Virus record (IMG/VR): IMGVR_UViG_3300042868_009121
Location: 1 to 64,000 of that record
Origin: a virus
Reading direction: 5' to 3' (one strand)
DNA: 64,000 nucleotides
Below the pieces are notes generated by a model, which ran no database searches, had not been told where the DNA came from, and was given only the letters and a program-made list of their open reading frames with translations. Position 1 is the first letter of the stretch. The number at the start of each line of letters is the position of its first letter. Positions 18,761 to 30,107 of this stretch are shown here, piece after piece. A program made the translations under genes and the position numbers.

Positions 18761-19075
18761 TTAAGCTCCTCCTTTCATGGCTTTAATCAATAACATTGCC
18801 ACAGAGTTTAAAGGTACAATAAAGCCTATTACATTTTTATATGGATTGCGATCATCATAATCAACCATAACTCCAGAAGCTCCAAGTTTTTTCTGTAATG
18901 CCACACTAATTTCATTAGCCAACATTTGCTTGTCTCTAGGATCTTCAAGTTCTTGATCTAGTACGAATTGCATTTTAACTCCAAGTTTAGTTGGATTGTC
19001 ATTTACATCAAACCTAAGTTTGTATTTCTTTCCTGCTACGGTTATATCAAATAATGGATTAGCTGCCTTTGCCAT
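18761..19075 (-). CDS. hypothetical late protein
   Basis: TATTTAT at 19088-19094. Confidence 0.6.
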   Translation of the reverse strand: MAKAANPLFDITVAGKKYKLRFDVNDNPTKLGVKMQFVLDQELEDPRDKQMLANEISVALQKKLGASGVMVDYDDRNPYKNVIGFIVPLNSVAMLLIKAMKGGA

Positions 19076-19094
19076 TTGTTTTTTTATATAAATA

Positions 19095-20378
19095 TTACTC
19101 TATAATCAATAATGAATAGTCGAATGGTGGATTAGTTACAACAATTTGATTCTGAGCTAGGTCTACCACATTTCTGACCTCTATTTTAGCAGATCCTAGT
19201 TCATATATTCCAGGTTCAGAGCCTTCTAGGATGTCACCCAAGCGCGTTATATTTTGTAGGAATTCATCTTTGGCTGGATCTATGTTTGTAAAATCAACTT
19301 CTATTTTTATATTAAAATCTATCGGCTCTCCTACTTTATATATAGATTCAAAATCAATTGTTCTAAATAAATGTCTTGCTTCTTCCCATCCTTCTTTTAC
19401 ATATCCTAAAAGTTCATTAGCAGGATCTTGTTCATTACTAAATGTTTTTATCATTATATTTACTTGCTCTTGAGATTTTAACCACACTCTAGATGAATAT
19501 ACTTCTAATTGTGCTATAAACAAAGGATTCAATTGTTTGTTATCTTTTATTACAAGATCAATATCTAACTTTTTTAACTTTTCTTCCCCATGATTAAAAT
19601 TGCCCCATTTTTTTAAGAACCTTCTAATCTCTATTCCGTCAGCTATTTTTTGAATTTCTAATTTTCTTTGAGCTTCTTCATTATTTTTATCAAACCAATT
19701 CTTTCCTCTAGAACTTATACAAGTAAAATGATAGACATTAGCTTGCCAAGTTTGTGTCATTTTTATTCCTGCATGAACACATCTTTGTACAAAGTCAGAA
19801 TCTTCTCTAGACTTTCTAAATACTGTATCGTAACCACCAATACTTTGCCATACTTTTTTATAGAAAGTTATTGGAGCAAAAAAGTATTCAGCTCTTTTAT
19901 TTGATTTTACAGATTTAGAAAATTGATTCCATTTTTCCATATCAAATTTAGTAGGATCAGTTCCAAAGTCTTCTATTATAGTATAATCAGAATATCCATG
20001 AAGTGGAGGTTCTATTCTAGTAGCAGATAGTATACAATTATCTTCTAGTTGATTTAAAATATTAACATCATAATCAGGACCTACAACCATATCGGATTGA
20101 AGATAACTTACAATCTCATGTCTAGCTATATCAATAAGTAGATTAGAATTTCTTTGATAACCTACAGGTCCTTTTAATTTATGTGTAATTATTTTAAGAT
20201 CATAAAAATCATTTTTAATACTTTTAAGATAATCATATGTACCATCATTATCTTTATCTATAAAGACTATGATCTCATGTTCTTTACCTATTAAATTATT
20301 TTTTAAAGATTCTAATAAAAGCTTTGTATGATCTAATGTATCTATACCTGTATTTGTTATGAAACTTATTTGTTGCAT
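19095..20378 (-). CDS. GT2-family glycosyltransferase
   Basis: DNDGT, YLQSDM, IGGYD..REDSDF, VYHF motifs. Confidence 0.85.
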   Translation of the reverse strand: MQQISFITNTGIDTLDHTKLLLESLKNNLIGKEHEIIVFIDKDNDGTYDYLKSIKNDFYDLKIITHKLKGPVGYQRNSNLLIDIARHEIVSYLQSDMVVGPDYDVNILNQLEDNCILSATRIEPPLHGYSDYTIIEDFGTDPTKFDMEKWNQFSKSVKSNKRAEYFFAPITFYKKVWQSIGGYDTVFRKSREDSDFVQRCVHAGIKMTQTWQANVYHFTCISSRGKNWFDKNNEEAQRKLEIQKIADGIEIRRFLKKWGNFNHGEEKLKKLDIDLVIKDNKQLNPLFIAQLEVYSSRVWLKSQEQVNIMIKTFSNEQDPANELLGYVKEGWEEARHLFRTIDFESIYKVGEPIDFNIKIEVDFTNIDPAKDEFLQNITRLGDILEGSEPGIYELGSAKIEVRNVVDLAQNQIVVTNPPFDYSLLIIE

Positions 20379-21151
20379 TTTAATTTATTGTATGTATTAA
20401 TTATTCCTTGTTGAAGCCCTATGTAATCTAACTGCAAAGTTTTATTAAAGCCAACATATCCTTTTGTTAATCCTGATTGTTCAAATTGTATTCCTACTAT
20501 ATAATCATCAAGAGTATTTATGAACTGACATATCTGTTTTAAACTTTTAATATCTTCATATGTACAATCAACTTGTTTAGGTAAATTGTCATTAAGTATA
20601 TAATGCTCTACTAATTTAATTAAGTCTTGCATATAAAAGAAGTCCATATATTTGTTATGGTGTATATGCATATCTTCTTTATTTATGTATCTATTTAAAT
20701 TAGATTTAATAAATCTAGTACTTAATTCTAACTCATCAAATACTGCATATATTCTTAAGTTATATAATCCGTCCTTATTTTGTATAGATTTAGATATAAC
20801 TCTTTTACTAAATCCATAAGGCTTATCTTCTTGTGAATATTCTGCTCCTGAACCAAATTGGATTAATTTTCCATAATGTGATTTACATTGTAGTAGATTA
20901 TAATACATAGATAAGTTATTATCCATTACTTCCCAACTGTCTTCTTTTAATCTACTTCCACCTGCTACAGCGCAATGTATAACTACATCAAAATATTTGC
21001 CATCAAAAAAATTAATCATTTTTTGAATATCAATTAAATTAAAATGATTCCTGTTTATAGAAGTTACTTCATACTTATTTTTAAATGCATTGTATAATGA
21101 ACTTCCTATATAACCATTTGCCCCAGTAATTAATATTTTAAGATTATTCAT
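20366..21151 (-). CDS. NAD-dependent epimerase/dehydratase (extended SDR)
   Basis: ITGANGYIG; YGFSK. Confidence 0.85.
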   Translation of the reverse strand: MNNLKILITGANGYIGSSLYNAFKNKYEVTSINRNHFNLIDIQKMINFFDGKYFDVVIHCAVAGGSRLKEDSWEVMDNNLSMYYNLLQCKSHYGKLIQFGSGAEYSQEDKPYGFSKRVISKSIQNKDGLYNLRIYAVFDELELSTRFIKSNLNRYINKEDMHIHHNKYMDFFYMQDLIKLVEHYILNDNLPKQVDCTYEDIKSLKQICQFINTLDDYIVGIQFEQSGLTKGYVGFNKTLQLDYIGLQQGIINTYNKLKCNK

Positions 21152-21173
21152 TATATTAAAATTATTTTCACAT

Positions 21174-21815
21174 CTATGAATTGTATGTAAATATTTTATC
21201 TACTCCGTAATCTGCCACTATAAAGTATCCATTATCATTTAATAGTTTAATAAGTTTTTCAGAATCAGAGTCATATCTATTTAACCATTTTTCACAGAAT
21301 TCTATACACAAAACTGGTTTATACTTTTTTATAGTTTCTATACCACCTAAAATTGCATTTAATTCATATCCTTCTACATCTAATTGTATTAAATCACAAT
21401 ATGATAAATTAAGATCATCTATCATGATTGAAGGTGTATATCCTTCTCCAGATATATGTACTCCACCTATATCATTAGGCCTATTTTCTCTAAACAAGTG
21501 TTGAGTTTTTACTGGATTTCTATCTTTTCCTAAACATGCTTGCAGTTTAATAACATTTTGATTTTGAACATTTTGATTTAAGCAATAGAAATTAACCGGA
21601 TCTGGTTCAAATGTATAAACATAATCAAATTTATCCACAAATTTACTAAGCATAAATCCGCAATTTCCTCCTGCTTGAATCATAACACGATTTTCTTTTA
21701 CATAAGGCATTACATGCTCTACTAAATTCTGGAATTCATTTTGGTATTTCCAACTATTTTCATCTATAACTGGCCAAATCCAGCCTCCTTCTTTTTCAAC
21801 CGTTAAATTCTTCAT
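21174..21815 (-). CDS. FkbM-family methyltransferase
   Basis: IQAGGNCG, FEPD, LDVEGYE, YKPVL motifs. Confidence 0.85.
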   Translation of the reverse strand: MKNLTVEKEGGWIWPVIDENSWKYQNEFQNLVEHVMPYVKENRVMIQAGGNCGFMLSKFVDKFDYVYTFEPDPVNFYCLNQNVQNQNVIKLQACLGKDRNPVKTQHLFRENRPNDIGGVHISGEGYTPSIMIDDLNLSYCDLIQLDVEGYELNAILGGIETIKKYKPVLCIEFCEKWLNRYDSDSEKLIKLLNDNGYFIVADYGVDKIFTYNS

Positions 21816-22725
21816 GTACTTTTAATTTGTAATAATTTATTGTATTTATTAGTCCAGTTTTTAAATTTGTTTTTGGTAATATATTTGTTGTAAAAGACAC
21901 TTTATCATTATTTCCACAAATGTAATTAGATATAAATTCTCTATTTAATTTAGAATCAAATTTTATTTTACTTTTAGAATTTGTTAATTCTTTTATATTT
22001 AATATAACGTCTTTCAATCTGTATTCATGTCCAGAACAAATATTAAAAATTCCTATATGCCTATTAATAACTAATTCATAAACGTAATTTACAAAATCTT
22101 CAACATATAAGTAATCTAATTTTTTTTCACAATCATCTAAAATTACAGTTTCATTATTATAAAACTTTTTTATTAATAGAGGAATTAATCTTGTATTAAC
22201 ATCATAAGGACCATAAGTATAACAAGGTCTTATCCAACCCCAATCCATTCCATACATTTTACATAATAACTTACTATAATTTTTAAATGTATATTTAGAT
22301 AGTCCATATAAATTTATTGGATTTTCTATATCTGTTTCTAATATTTTTCTATTATAGTTTCCGTATTCTGAAAAACTTCCAAAGCCATAAAAACTAGGAC
22401 TTATTGGAAGTTTACTTAACATCTCTAGAAAGTAAATTCCAGGTTCTACATTATCTTGTACTTGTTTTATATCATTAACATCTAAATGACTATTTCCTCC
22501 TGACCATCCTAAGTGTAATACGATGTCTGGTGAAAATAATTTTATATCTTCAAATAGATTGAGTATATCTCTAGTATGTCCTTTGCTATATTTAATTTTG
22601 TTTAATATATCTTCTATATTATTTGTATTGTTTGATATAACATACACACTATGTTTTTCTAATAAAAACTTCCTAACTAAATTAGATCCAAGAAATCCAT
22701 TTCCACCTGTAATTAATACATTCAT
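21796..22725 (-). CDS. NAD-dependent sugar epimerase/reductase (candidate YerF-like side-chain reductase)
   Basis: ITGGNGFLG; GSFSEYG; YGLSK. Confidence 0.8.
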   Translation of the reverse strand: MNVLITGGNGFLGSNLVRKFLLEKHSVYVISNNTNNIEDILNKIKYSKGHTRDILNLFEDIKLFSPDIVLHLGWSGGNSHLDVNDIKQVQDNVEPGIYFLEMLSKLPISPSFYGFGSFSEYGNYNRKILETDIENPINLYGLSKYTFKNYSKLLCKMYGMDWGWIRPCYTYGPYDVNTRLIPLLIKKFYNNETVILDDCEKKLDYLYVEDFVNYVYELVINRHIGIFNICSGHEYRLKDVILNIKELTNSKSKIKFDSKLNREFISNYICGNNDKVSFTTNILPKTNLKTGLINTINYYKLKVHEEFNG

Positions 22726-23720
22726 TTCTTTAATTTTTGCGCTACCTCTAATATAAGATCTTCTTGCCCAGCAACTAACTTTCTATTTCCAAGTTCAAAA
22801 ATTAATGAAGAATATTCTATTCCAAATAGTTTAGATGCTTTTATAATTGGTTTTTCAAATCCTGAGAATAGTCTATTTAGACCTGTAAGTATATTAACAG
22901 GAGTAGATATAGGGGCGGTAGGTACTAAATATTCCATAACTTTATCTGCTTCTATAATAACTTTTTGAAAGTCTATATCTACTTCGTATCCACTCTTTTC
23001 TAATACAGGTATTAGCATTTCTAAATGGGCATTACCTGCTCCTGCACCAAATCCTCTAATACAAGCATCAATATATTTAGCTCCGTAATTTACAGCAGTT
23101 AATGAATTTGCTGTGGCTAATCCTAAATTATCATGAGCATGAAAACCTATATCAATACTAAGATTATTTTTTAATGCATCAATCCTTTCATAAACATCTT
23201 TTGGTAAATACGTACCTGTAGAATCCATAATCACTACCGCCTCTGCTCCATACTCTTCCATAACTTTTGCATTCTCAACTAAAGTTTTAGTATCAGCCAA
23301 TGCGCTCATCATTAATACTCCAACTACAGTTTTATCTTTACTCTTTAAATATTCTATATGAGATTTAGATAGTGTAGCTTCAGTACAATGTGTTGCAATT
23401 CTAAATACATCTACACCCATATTAATTGCAGGCTCAATATCTTTTTTAACTGTAGCAATCCCAGGAATAATATGAATACCAAGCTTAGATGTTTTAAGAT
23501 TTTCTTTTGCTGTAGTTAATATTTGTTGATCCGTATATGGTGATAATCCTATTAATAAAGATGAGGCGCCTAAACCATTACCATGTCCCACTTCTACAAT
23601 AGGAATACCCGCTTTATCTGCAAACTGGCAATATCTTTTTATTTGATCAAGATTAATTGTATGTTTTACAGCATGATTGCCATCTCTTAATGATGAATCT
23701 GTTATTATGATCTTACTCAT
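22722..23720 (-). CDS. dmpG: 4-hydroxy-2-oxovalerate aldolase
   Basis: SLRDGNHA, EVGHGNGLG, ATHCTEA, GFHAHDNLG, GAGAGN, GQEDLI. Confidence 0.9.
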   Translation of the reverse strand: MSKIIITDSSLRDGNHAVKHTINLDQIKRYCQFADKAGIPIVEVGHGNGLGASSLLIGLSPYTDQQILTTAKENLKTSKLGIHIIPGIATVKKDIEPAINMGVDVFRIATHCTEATLSKSHIEYLKSKDKTVVGVLMMSALADTKTLVENAKVMEEYGAEAVVIMDSTGTYLPKDVYERIDALKNNLSIDIGFHAHDNLGLATANSLTAVNYGAKYIDACIRGFGAGAGNAHLEMLIPVLEKSGYEVDIDFQKVIIEADKVMEYLVPTAPISTPVNILTGLNRLFSGFEKPIIKASKLFGIEYSSLIFELGNRKLVAGQEDLILEVAQKLKK

Positions 23721-24568
23721 TATAATAAATTTTTAGTTACTTCAATTGCGGCACAGTTAATAATATCTAAATTACCTGCGTATTCTGGTAAATAATCTCC
23801 TGTTCCTTTTACTTTAATACTTAATACAAGTATATCATCATTTATAACTGGAGGTAATACTAATTCGTAGTGCGGTATATAAGTTTTTAGTTCTTTGATT
23901 TTTTTATAGATCTCTTCAACTAAATCTTCAAAATCAATGTTCTGAAACTTTAAAAACATCGTAGTTTGCATATCAACGCATGGCTCAGCAGGATTCAAAT
24001 TTAATATAACTTTACAACTATCACACTTTGTAAATTGTTTTATTGCCATTTCTGTTGTGTGAATATAAGAATCAATATTAATTCTTGTTGCCATACCTGC
24101 ACTTTTAGATGCAATTTGAGATACAACTTCTATGTAATCTAATTTATCACAATACTTAGATATTAGGTTAAGCATTGGCATTGATGCTTGTCCTCCACAT
24201 GTAATCATATTTACATTACCAGAATCTAATATAATTTTAGAATTGATACTAGGTACACATAAAGGTCCTACTTTTGCAGGAGTTAAATCAATAACTTTTA
24301 TTCCTTGATCAGCAAATATTTTAGCATGTAGTTTTGCATCTGCTGCACTTGTACAATCATATACTACATTACAGCAATTGGGATTGTCAATAAAATATTG
24401 AATACCTTTATCTGTAACTTCTATATTTTTTGATTGAGCTATCTTAATACCATCTGAATCCATTCTGCGACCTGCAAATATTACAGGTTTTATATAATCA
24501 GTCTTAAGTATTTTTAACAGTAGGTCTGTACCAATATTACCTGTTCCTATAATTCCAGCATTAATCAT
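23720..24568 (-). CDS. dmpF: acetaldehyde dehydrogenase (acetylating)
   Basis: IIGTGNIGTDL, DLTPA, NVNMITCGGQA, GDYLPEYAGNLDII. Confidence 0.9.
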   Translation of the reverse strand: MINAGIIGTGNIGTDLLLKILKTDYIKPVIFAGRRMDSDGIKIAQSKNIEVTDKGIQYFIDNPNCCNVVYDCTSAADAKLHAKIFADQGIKVIDLTPAKVGPLCVPSINSKIILDSGNVNMITCGGQASMPMLNLISKYCDKLDYIEVVSQIASKSAGMATRINIDSYIHTTEMAIKQFTKCDSCKVILNLNPAEPCVDMQTTMFLKFQNIDFEDLVEEIYKKIKELKTYIPHYELVLPPVINDDILVLSIKVKGTGDYLPEYAGNLDIINCAAIEVTKNLL

Positions 24569-26346
24569 CTTTTAATTAATTTAGATTTTTCACTAATCTC
24601 TATTATCATGTTTTGTTTTACTTCATCTAAAGAAAGTAGTGGAGACATTTCTTCAATTGGTGGAGGGAATATACTTCCATCTTCTTTAAGTACTCCTTTT
24701 ACTTTAGGTATAAAATCTTGTTCGGGATCCATAAATACTTCTAAACAAGCAGGTCCTGGATCATTTACAAAGGATGTCATAGTATTTTCAAAATTATCCC
24801 ATGTCTTAAGATCATAATACTTATATCCAAAAGCTGGCATAATTTTATTAAATTTAGGTAGACCTATTCCTGTCTTTTTATTTACACTAACATAGTCTCC
24901 TTTAAATAACATCTTTTGAGTATGCTTAATCATTAAGTATCCATCATTATTGAATATGATAATCTTAATAGGAAGATCATTCTCTATAATTGTATGAAGT
25001 TCTTGTATATTCATCATTATTCCTCCATCACAATTTAAACATAGCACAGGCTTGTTTGGGCATGCAAGGGCAGCACCTAATGCAGCAGGAAGGCCATAAC
25101 CCATTTCACCAAGACCTTGCGACGTAAACATAGTTTGATTAGGTTTAAGCTTTATATTCTGGTGTCCACTTAATAAGGCTGTTCCCATATCAGTTACAAC
25201 TATATGATCGTCTTTTAAATAATCTGACATCTTAGTTATAAACTTATACGAATTTAGATATCCATTATCCTCATGATAATTTTCTACCAAAGGATATTTG
25301 TTTTTCATAACAGAACAATAAGCTACCCATTCTTTTTTATATCCCCATAACATGTATGTCTTATCTATGAGACTACTAATAACGTCATAACAATCTGATT
25401 TTATATGTTTATCTACTTTATATTTAGTTGCTTCAAGATCATCTATATCAACAATAATGATTTTTGCATTTCTTGCAAATTGAGTAAAGTCATAACCGAC
25501 TTGTGGTAATGCTAGTCTACTTCCTAAAACAATAATAGTATCTGCATTCTGTATAATAAAGTTTGCAGCTCTTTGACCATACAATCCGAATCTTCCAAAA
25601 TAGTTTTCATTTTTATCATCAAGTAAATCTATTCCTGACCAACTTAACATTACCGGAACTTTTGCATAGTTAACAAATGATCTAAATATATCTTTAGCTC
25701 CTGATAATCTGACTCCATTTCCACCTATAATAACAGGTCTTTCTGATTGGTTTATTGCATCGATGATATCATCAACATTTACTTTATTAATTTGTTTAGA
25801 ATAAAATTTCCAATCTCTAGTATTTACTATCTTAGCTTGTAAGTTCATAGGAACATCTAACCATACAGGACCAGGTCTATCAGATATTGTTTCTTTATCT
25901 AATTCTTCTAATGTATCAAAAATATTCATTTGATCATCAAAGGCAATTGCTTTTTTAGTTACTTCTGATATCATTTTAGTTACATTTAGTCCTTGAGTGC
26001 CGTACATTCTTAAAGACTCTTGAGTACTTACATAATTATAATTCTCTTGTCCTGAAATAATAATTCCTGGTACTGAGTCTGCCCAATTACTTACAACTCC
26101 TGTAACTGCATTGGTTGCTCCACCTCCTGCTGTAACTATAGCAGCAGATAATTTACCAGATGATCTATAATAGGCACCCATTGCAAGTACAGCAGCTTGT
26201 TCATGGTGTGTGTTTATTATTTTAGTATAACCTAATTTGTTAATAGAATCAAATATATGAGAATTAGCAGATCCAATAATACCAAATACTACTTCTATAC
26301 CTTTTTGTTTTAAATAGTCTGCAATAACATCACTTACTTTTACCAT
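24565..26346 (-). CDS. ThDP-dependent acetolactate-synthase-like carboligase (YerE-like)
   Basis: HHEQAA, RPGPVWLDVP, MGYGLPAALGA, CDGG..NNDGY ThDP motif; sugar-cluster context. Confidence 0.85.
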   Translation of the reverse strand: MVKVSDVIADYLKQKGIEVVFGIIGSANSHIFDSINKLGYTKIINTHHEQAAVLAMGAYYRSSGKLSAAIVTAGGGATNAVTGVVSNWADSVPGIIISGQENYNYVSTQESLRMYGTQGLNVTKMISEVTKKAIAFDDQMNIFDTLEELDKETISDRPGPVWLDVPMNLQAKIVNTRDWKFYSKQINKVNVDDIIDAINQSERPVIIGGNGVRLSGAKDIFRSFVNYAKVPVMLSWSGIDLLDDKNENYFGRFGLYGQRAANFIIQNADTIIVLGSRLALPQVGYDFTQFARNAKIIIVDIDDLEATKYKVDKHIKSDCYDVISSLIDKTYMLWGYKKEWVAYCSVMKNKYPLVENYHEDNGYLNSYKFITKMSDYLKDDHIVVTDMGTALLSGHQNIKLKPNQTMFTSQGLGEMGYGLPAALGAALACPNKPVLCLNCDGGIMMNIQELHTIIENDLPIKIIIFNNDGYLMIKHTQKMLFKGDYVSVNKKTGIGLPKFNKIMPAFGYKYYDLKTWDNFENTMTSFVNDPGPACLEVFMDPEQDFIPKVKGVLKEDGSIFPPPIEEMSPLLSLDEVKQNMIIEISEKSKLIKR

Positions 26347-27296
26347 ATAAATTTTGATTTATAGTAGTCTACTATATTTTTTATTTCTAAGTCAAATTCT
26401 TTTTTGGGTTTCCAACCAAGACTTCTTAATTTACTATCATCTAAAGCGTATCTTACATCCTGGCCAGGTCTTGAATAGTCGGTATCTATATATTCATTTA
26501 CATCAAATGTACTTAATCCAGTATAATTGTATATAACTTTCTTTATAGTAGACAAATTACTTTGTTCATATCCACCAGCGATATTGAATATTTCATTTTG
26601 TACTCTTGATTCAATTATAGTAATTACTGCTTCTGCTGTATCTGCCGCATGCAACCAATTACGTATTGGAGATCCTCCATTATGTAAAGGTATCTTTCTA
26701 TCTAAAGTCAAATACTTACATGCTTTAGGAATAAGTTTTTCTACATACTGACCTACTCCATAATTATTAGTTGGTCTTACTATAACGTAAGGGATTTTAT
26801 ATGTTCTACCCCATGCTAATATTAATTGATCAGCTGCAGCTTTAGTAGCCGAATAAGGATTAGATGGTTTAAGAAGATCATTTTCTGTATGAGCTCCATC
26901 TTCAATATCTCCATACACTTCATCTGTTGAGAAATGAAGTAAGACTGGAACTTTAGTTGTTTCTTGTCTATAGTTTCTTAATAGTTCAAGTAAGTTATGA
27001 ACTCCATTAATATTAGATGAAACAAACTTATCTGAATTAGCTATTGAATTTCCTACATGAGTTTCAGCTGCTGTATTAATTATATAATCGCACTCATATA
27101 GAAATTTAAGATTATTAATATCATCTTTTACAAGAGAAAACTTTTTATAAGAAGAAAATTCTTGAATCAAATCTTTATTTGCAGCATAAGTTAATGAATC
27201 AACTCCTTTAACATACCAACCTTTTTCTAAACACGCTTTTGTTATATGACTTCCTATAAGTCCAAAACAACCAGTTACATAAACTACTTTTACCAT
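26340..27296 (-). CDS. NDP-glucose 4,6-dehydratase (RmlB-like)
   Basis: AAETHV, HFSTDEVYG, PYSATK, NNYG, RPGQDVRYA. Confidence 0.85.
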   Translation of the reverse strand: MVKVVYVTGCFGLIGSHITKACLEKGWYVKGVDSLTYAANKDLIQEFSSYKKFSLVKDDINNLKFLYECDYIINTAAETHVGNSIANSDKFVSSNINGVHNLLELLRNYRQETTKVPVLLHFSTDEVYGDIEDGAHTENDLLKPSNPYSATKAAADQLILAWGRTYKIPYVIVRPTNNYGVGQYVEKLIPKACKYLTLDRKIPLHNGGSPIRNWLHAADTAEAVITIIESRVQNEIFNIAGGYEQSNLSTIKKVIYNYTGLSTFDVNEYIDTDYSRPGQDVRYALDDSKLRSLGWKPKKEFDLEIKNIVDYYKSKFIW

Positions 27297-27297
27297 A

Positions 27298-28269
27298 TTA
27301 TAAAAAATTATTTTGTTTTAAATATTCATCAACTCTATCTAAAAATTGCTTTGGTTTTCCTTTACCTCTTGTATGACCAATAAAGTGAGTTATCTTTGAT
27401 TCTAATCCCCATCTCCATCCACCATCTGGTTCATCATTAGGATCTAATTGCCCATGTTTTGGATGGGGTCCAAAATTAGGAACAACAAAATATTCTTGAG
27501 GATTAAGTATATGTGGCATCTTTTTAGATAAAGCACAATTTGCTAAACCATAAAAAGATTGTTGTTGTGTATCAATAAAAAATCTTGTGTTATCCCATAT
27601 CTCTTCTCCATTTTCATCATATATAGATTTAAATTCAAAGAAATCCATAAGAAGTTGAAATCTATCCGCAGATAAAAAATCATCATAAATAGTAAGATCA
27701 AAACCTTGGAATCCTGAATTAAACCCATACGCATTTGGATTTTTTGTTAAGTAAATATCTTGAAATTCTAATCCATATATCTCTACAAATTTTCTAAATA
27801 AAACTTTATCACAATTTGCATTTGCAGGTTCTGCTATAAACATAGGTGTTTTTGATAGTATAACATCACAAGGTAATTTAAAATCATCATGAATTATAAT
27901 ATCATCATCATAGACTAAATAATAATCCTCTAGCTTTACTCTTCTTAAATAGTGTCCTATTAAAACATGATAAATACCTAAATAAACAGAAAATTTTTCT
28001 TGATAATCTAGTCCATACGCTGTTTTTACATAATCATTAAAAAACTTTTTATCATAAGAATAAAGATATTTTATTTCTTTATCAATAACTTCAGACCAGT
28101 GTTCATCATCTTTAAGACCTAATTCATTTCCTATAGAATCCCATATAACATGAAATTCAACTTTAACGTCTGGATATAAATTATTTATTTTTGATTGTAT
28201 TTGATGTAATGCAAAAAATGATTGCTTATTCTTTGCTCTCATCAAACTTGAAATAATAATTTTACTCAT
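27298..28269 (-). CDS. probable GT-A fold glycosyltransferase
   Basis: YYLVYDDD DxD motif, FNSG, THFIG; cluster context. Confidence 0.5.
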   Translation of the reverse strand: MSKIIISSLMRAKNKQSFFALHQIQSKINNLYPDVKVEFHVIWDSIGNELGLKDDEHWSEVIDKEIKYLYSYDKKFFNDYVKTAYGLDYQEKFSVYLGIYHVLIGHYLRRVKLEDYYLVYDDDIIIHDDFKLPCDVILSKTPMFIAEPANANCDKVLFRKFVEIYGLEFQDIYLTKNPNAYGFNSGFQGFDLTIYDDFLSADRFQLLMDFFEFKSIYDENGEEIWDNTRFFIDTQQQSFYGLANCALSKKMPHILNPQEYFVVPNFGPHPKHGQLDPNDEPDGGWRWGLESKITHFIGHTRGKGKPKQFLDRVDEYLKQNNFL

Positions 28270-28270
28270 T

Positions 28271-29281
28271 TTATTTATATTTAATTTTTAAATTCCCTAA
28301 TTCATATTCACCTTTTTCTTCTATGGATTGTAATATATAGGGTAAAGTTTGTAGATATTCAAAATCCTGATTTTGTAATGATCTCATATCAAACTGTACG
28401 CTTATATCACTTCCTGGTTCATTTATTAGTTTTATAAACTCTTGTAATTGAGGAGTGCAGTTTTCTCCTTTTATTTCTACGGGTATTCTTTTGTATGGTA
28501 TACCATTAGCTAAGGTATACTGTCTCATATATTCCCATGTAGTTTTCCATTTTTTTATATATAAACCAGCGGTAGTTTTACTAGAGTCTATTCCTTCTTG
28601 ACCAGATCTAGAAGTTAAACTTCCCATATGATAAACTAAACTATTTAATACATGAATAAACTTATATCCTGCTTGATGAAGTCTTATCATTAAGTCTCCA
28701 TCCTCATAAAAATATGGTTGAAAATACTCATCAAAACCTCCTACACTATCAATAGAACTTTTATATCCAGCCATAAAAAATCCTCCAAAAGGAGAATCTA
28801 TAGTTGAACTAGGAATTTTTTTTACATGGTCTTCACAAAATTCATTAAACTTATCTATATTAAAAACATCCATTGACCTACCAAAATTCATTATAGGTTT
28901 TTGGAAAGTGTTTGGATCATTATATAAAGGAGGTTCCACTGTTGTAAAATTACAAAACTGTGTTTCTGATATGTGAGGTATTATATTTTCTAAAAAATTC
29001 TTTGCTAAAAAAGTATCATCATGAAAGAAAACAAAACACTTTTTACTGCAATTCTTAAGAGCTAAATTATATCCACCACTAACATAAACTCTTTTATTAG
29101 TATATACTTCTACTAAATTAGAATCTTTAGGATCTATTTTTATATCAGAATTATTTTCATAGACTATTACAATTTCGTTATCAGGATAATTAAATCTTAT
29201 TGATTGATAAGCTCCTAAAAGCCTATTCATATCTTTTGCTTGAGTAACTATTAAAAAACTAAAATCATTTAAAGTAATCAT
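28271..29281 (-). CDS. GT2-family glycosyltransferase
   Basis: YNLA, FHDDT, VGGFDE..YEDGDL, VYH. Confidence 0.85.
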   Translation of the reverse strand: MITLNDFSFLIVTQAKDMNRLLGAYQSIRFNYPDNEIVIVYENNSDIKIDPKDSNLVEVYTNKRVYVSGGYNLALKNCSKKCFVFFHDDTFLAKNFLENIIPHISETQFCNFTTVEPPLYNDPNTFQKPIMNFGRSMDVFNIDKFNEFCEDHVKKIPSSTIDSPFGGFFMAGYKSSIDSVGGFDEYFQPYFYEDGDLMIRLHQAGYKFIHVLNSLVYHMGSLTSRSGQEGIDSSKTTAGLYIKKWKTTWEYMRQYTLANGIPYKRIPVEIKGENCTPQLQEFIKLINEPGSDISVQFDMRSLQNQDFEYLQTLPYILQSIEEKGEYELGNLKIKYK

Positions 29282-30107
29282 AACATTTATCTATGAATAT
29301 ATCTAATTGTTTTATTGTATTTTGTTCTATACTATCTAAATGATCATTAAATTCATTCCTTATACTTTTAGCCCTATCTAAATCATTTAGTCCGTATGCT
29401 AGGTATTTATTTAATTCATACCCTTTAAAAAAATCTTCTTTAGTTTTATTATGAGGAACTACTATAGTATCTGTGCCACACATTAAACTTTGTATACTAA
29501 TATATGTATAGTTATCATAACAATAAAAAATATTTTTAGAGTTAAATAGATTAGATAATCCTACTAGATCTCCTCCTGATTGATATGGTATAAATGTACT
29601 ATTTTCTGGATGTATAAATTGTTCTGGCTTTATATAGTCTTGTGCTTTTCTTAACATCCAACAAGATCCTGATTTATTTAAATTTCTATTATAGAATATT
29701 TCTCTATGTTGTTCTCCTATATATAAAATATTATCTTTATCTTTATTATATTTTTCTGTCATATAAAATGGAAGATACCAAAACCACAAATCTTTATCAG
29801 ACCACGTATTAATATGTACCTCACTTGGAAAACCAATCATCCATCTTACTACATTTTTTGCATTTAAATAATTTCCATACCAACTTTCTGGATATATTAC
29901 AATAACATCATCTAAATTATCTAACACTTCTTGTGTTACCATTTTAGTATTGTAATTTTCATATACACCAAATGGTTGATTAAAGTCTAAAGGAATTAGA
30001 TATGCATCTTCTCCTCGTTCATTTAATAGATGGCATAGCTTATGAAGAACTTTTAAACCTCCTATTCCCATATCAAAACCATGCGTACTTATTAAAAACT
30101 TTTTCAT
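29265..30107 (-). CDS. probable glycosyltransferase (WavQ-like)
   Basis: GGLKVLHKLCHLL, IVIYPE..GNYLNAKNVVRW, FYCYD pattern. Confidence 0.55.
   Translation of the reverse strand: MKKFLISTHGFDMGIGGLKVLHKLCHLLNERGEDAYLIPLDFNQPFGVYENYNTKMVTQEVLDNLDDVIVIYPESWYGNYLNAKNVVRWMIGFPSEVHINTWSDKDLWFWYLPFYMTEKYNKDKDNILYIGEQHREIFYNRNLNKSGSCWMLRKAQDYIKPEQFIHPENSTFIPYQSGGDLVGLSNLFNSKNIFYCYDNYTYISIQSLMCGTDTIVVPHNKTKEDFFKGYELNKYLAYGLNDLDRAKSIRNEFNDHLDSIEQNTIKQLDIFIDKCYDYFK

Noticed and set aside
22722-26346. Aromatic degradation (dmpFG) or branched-chain amino acid synthesis (ilvB) auxiliary genes
   Set aside because: No other meta-cleavage or ilv genes; the genes overlap NDP-sugar enzymes, so sugar branching explains them better
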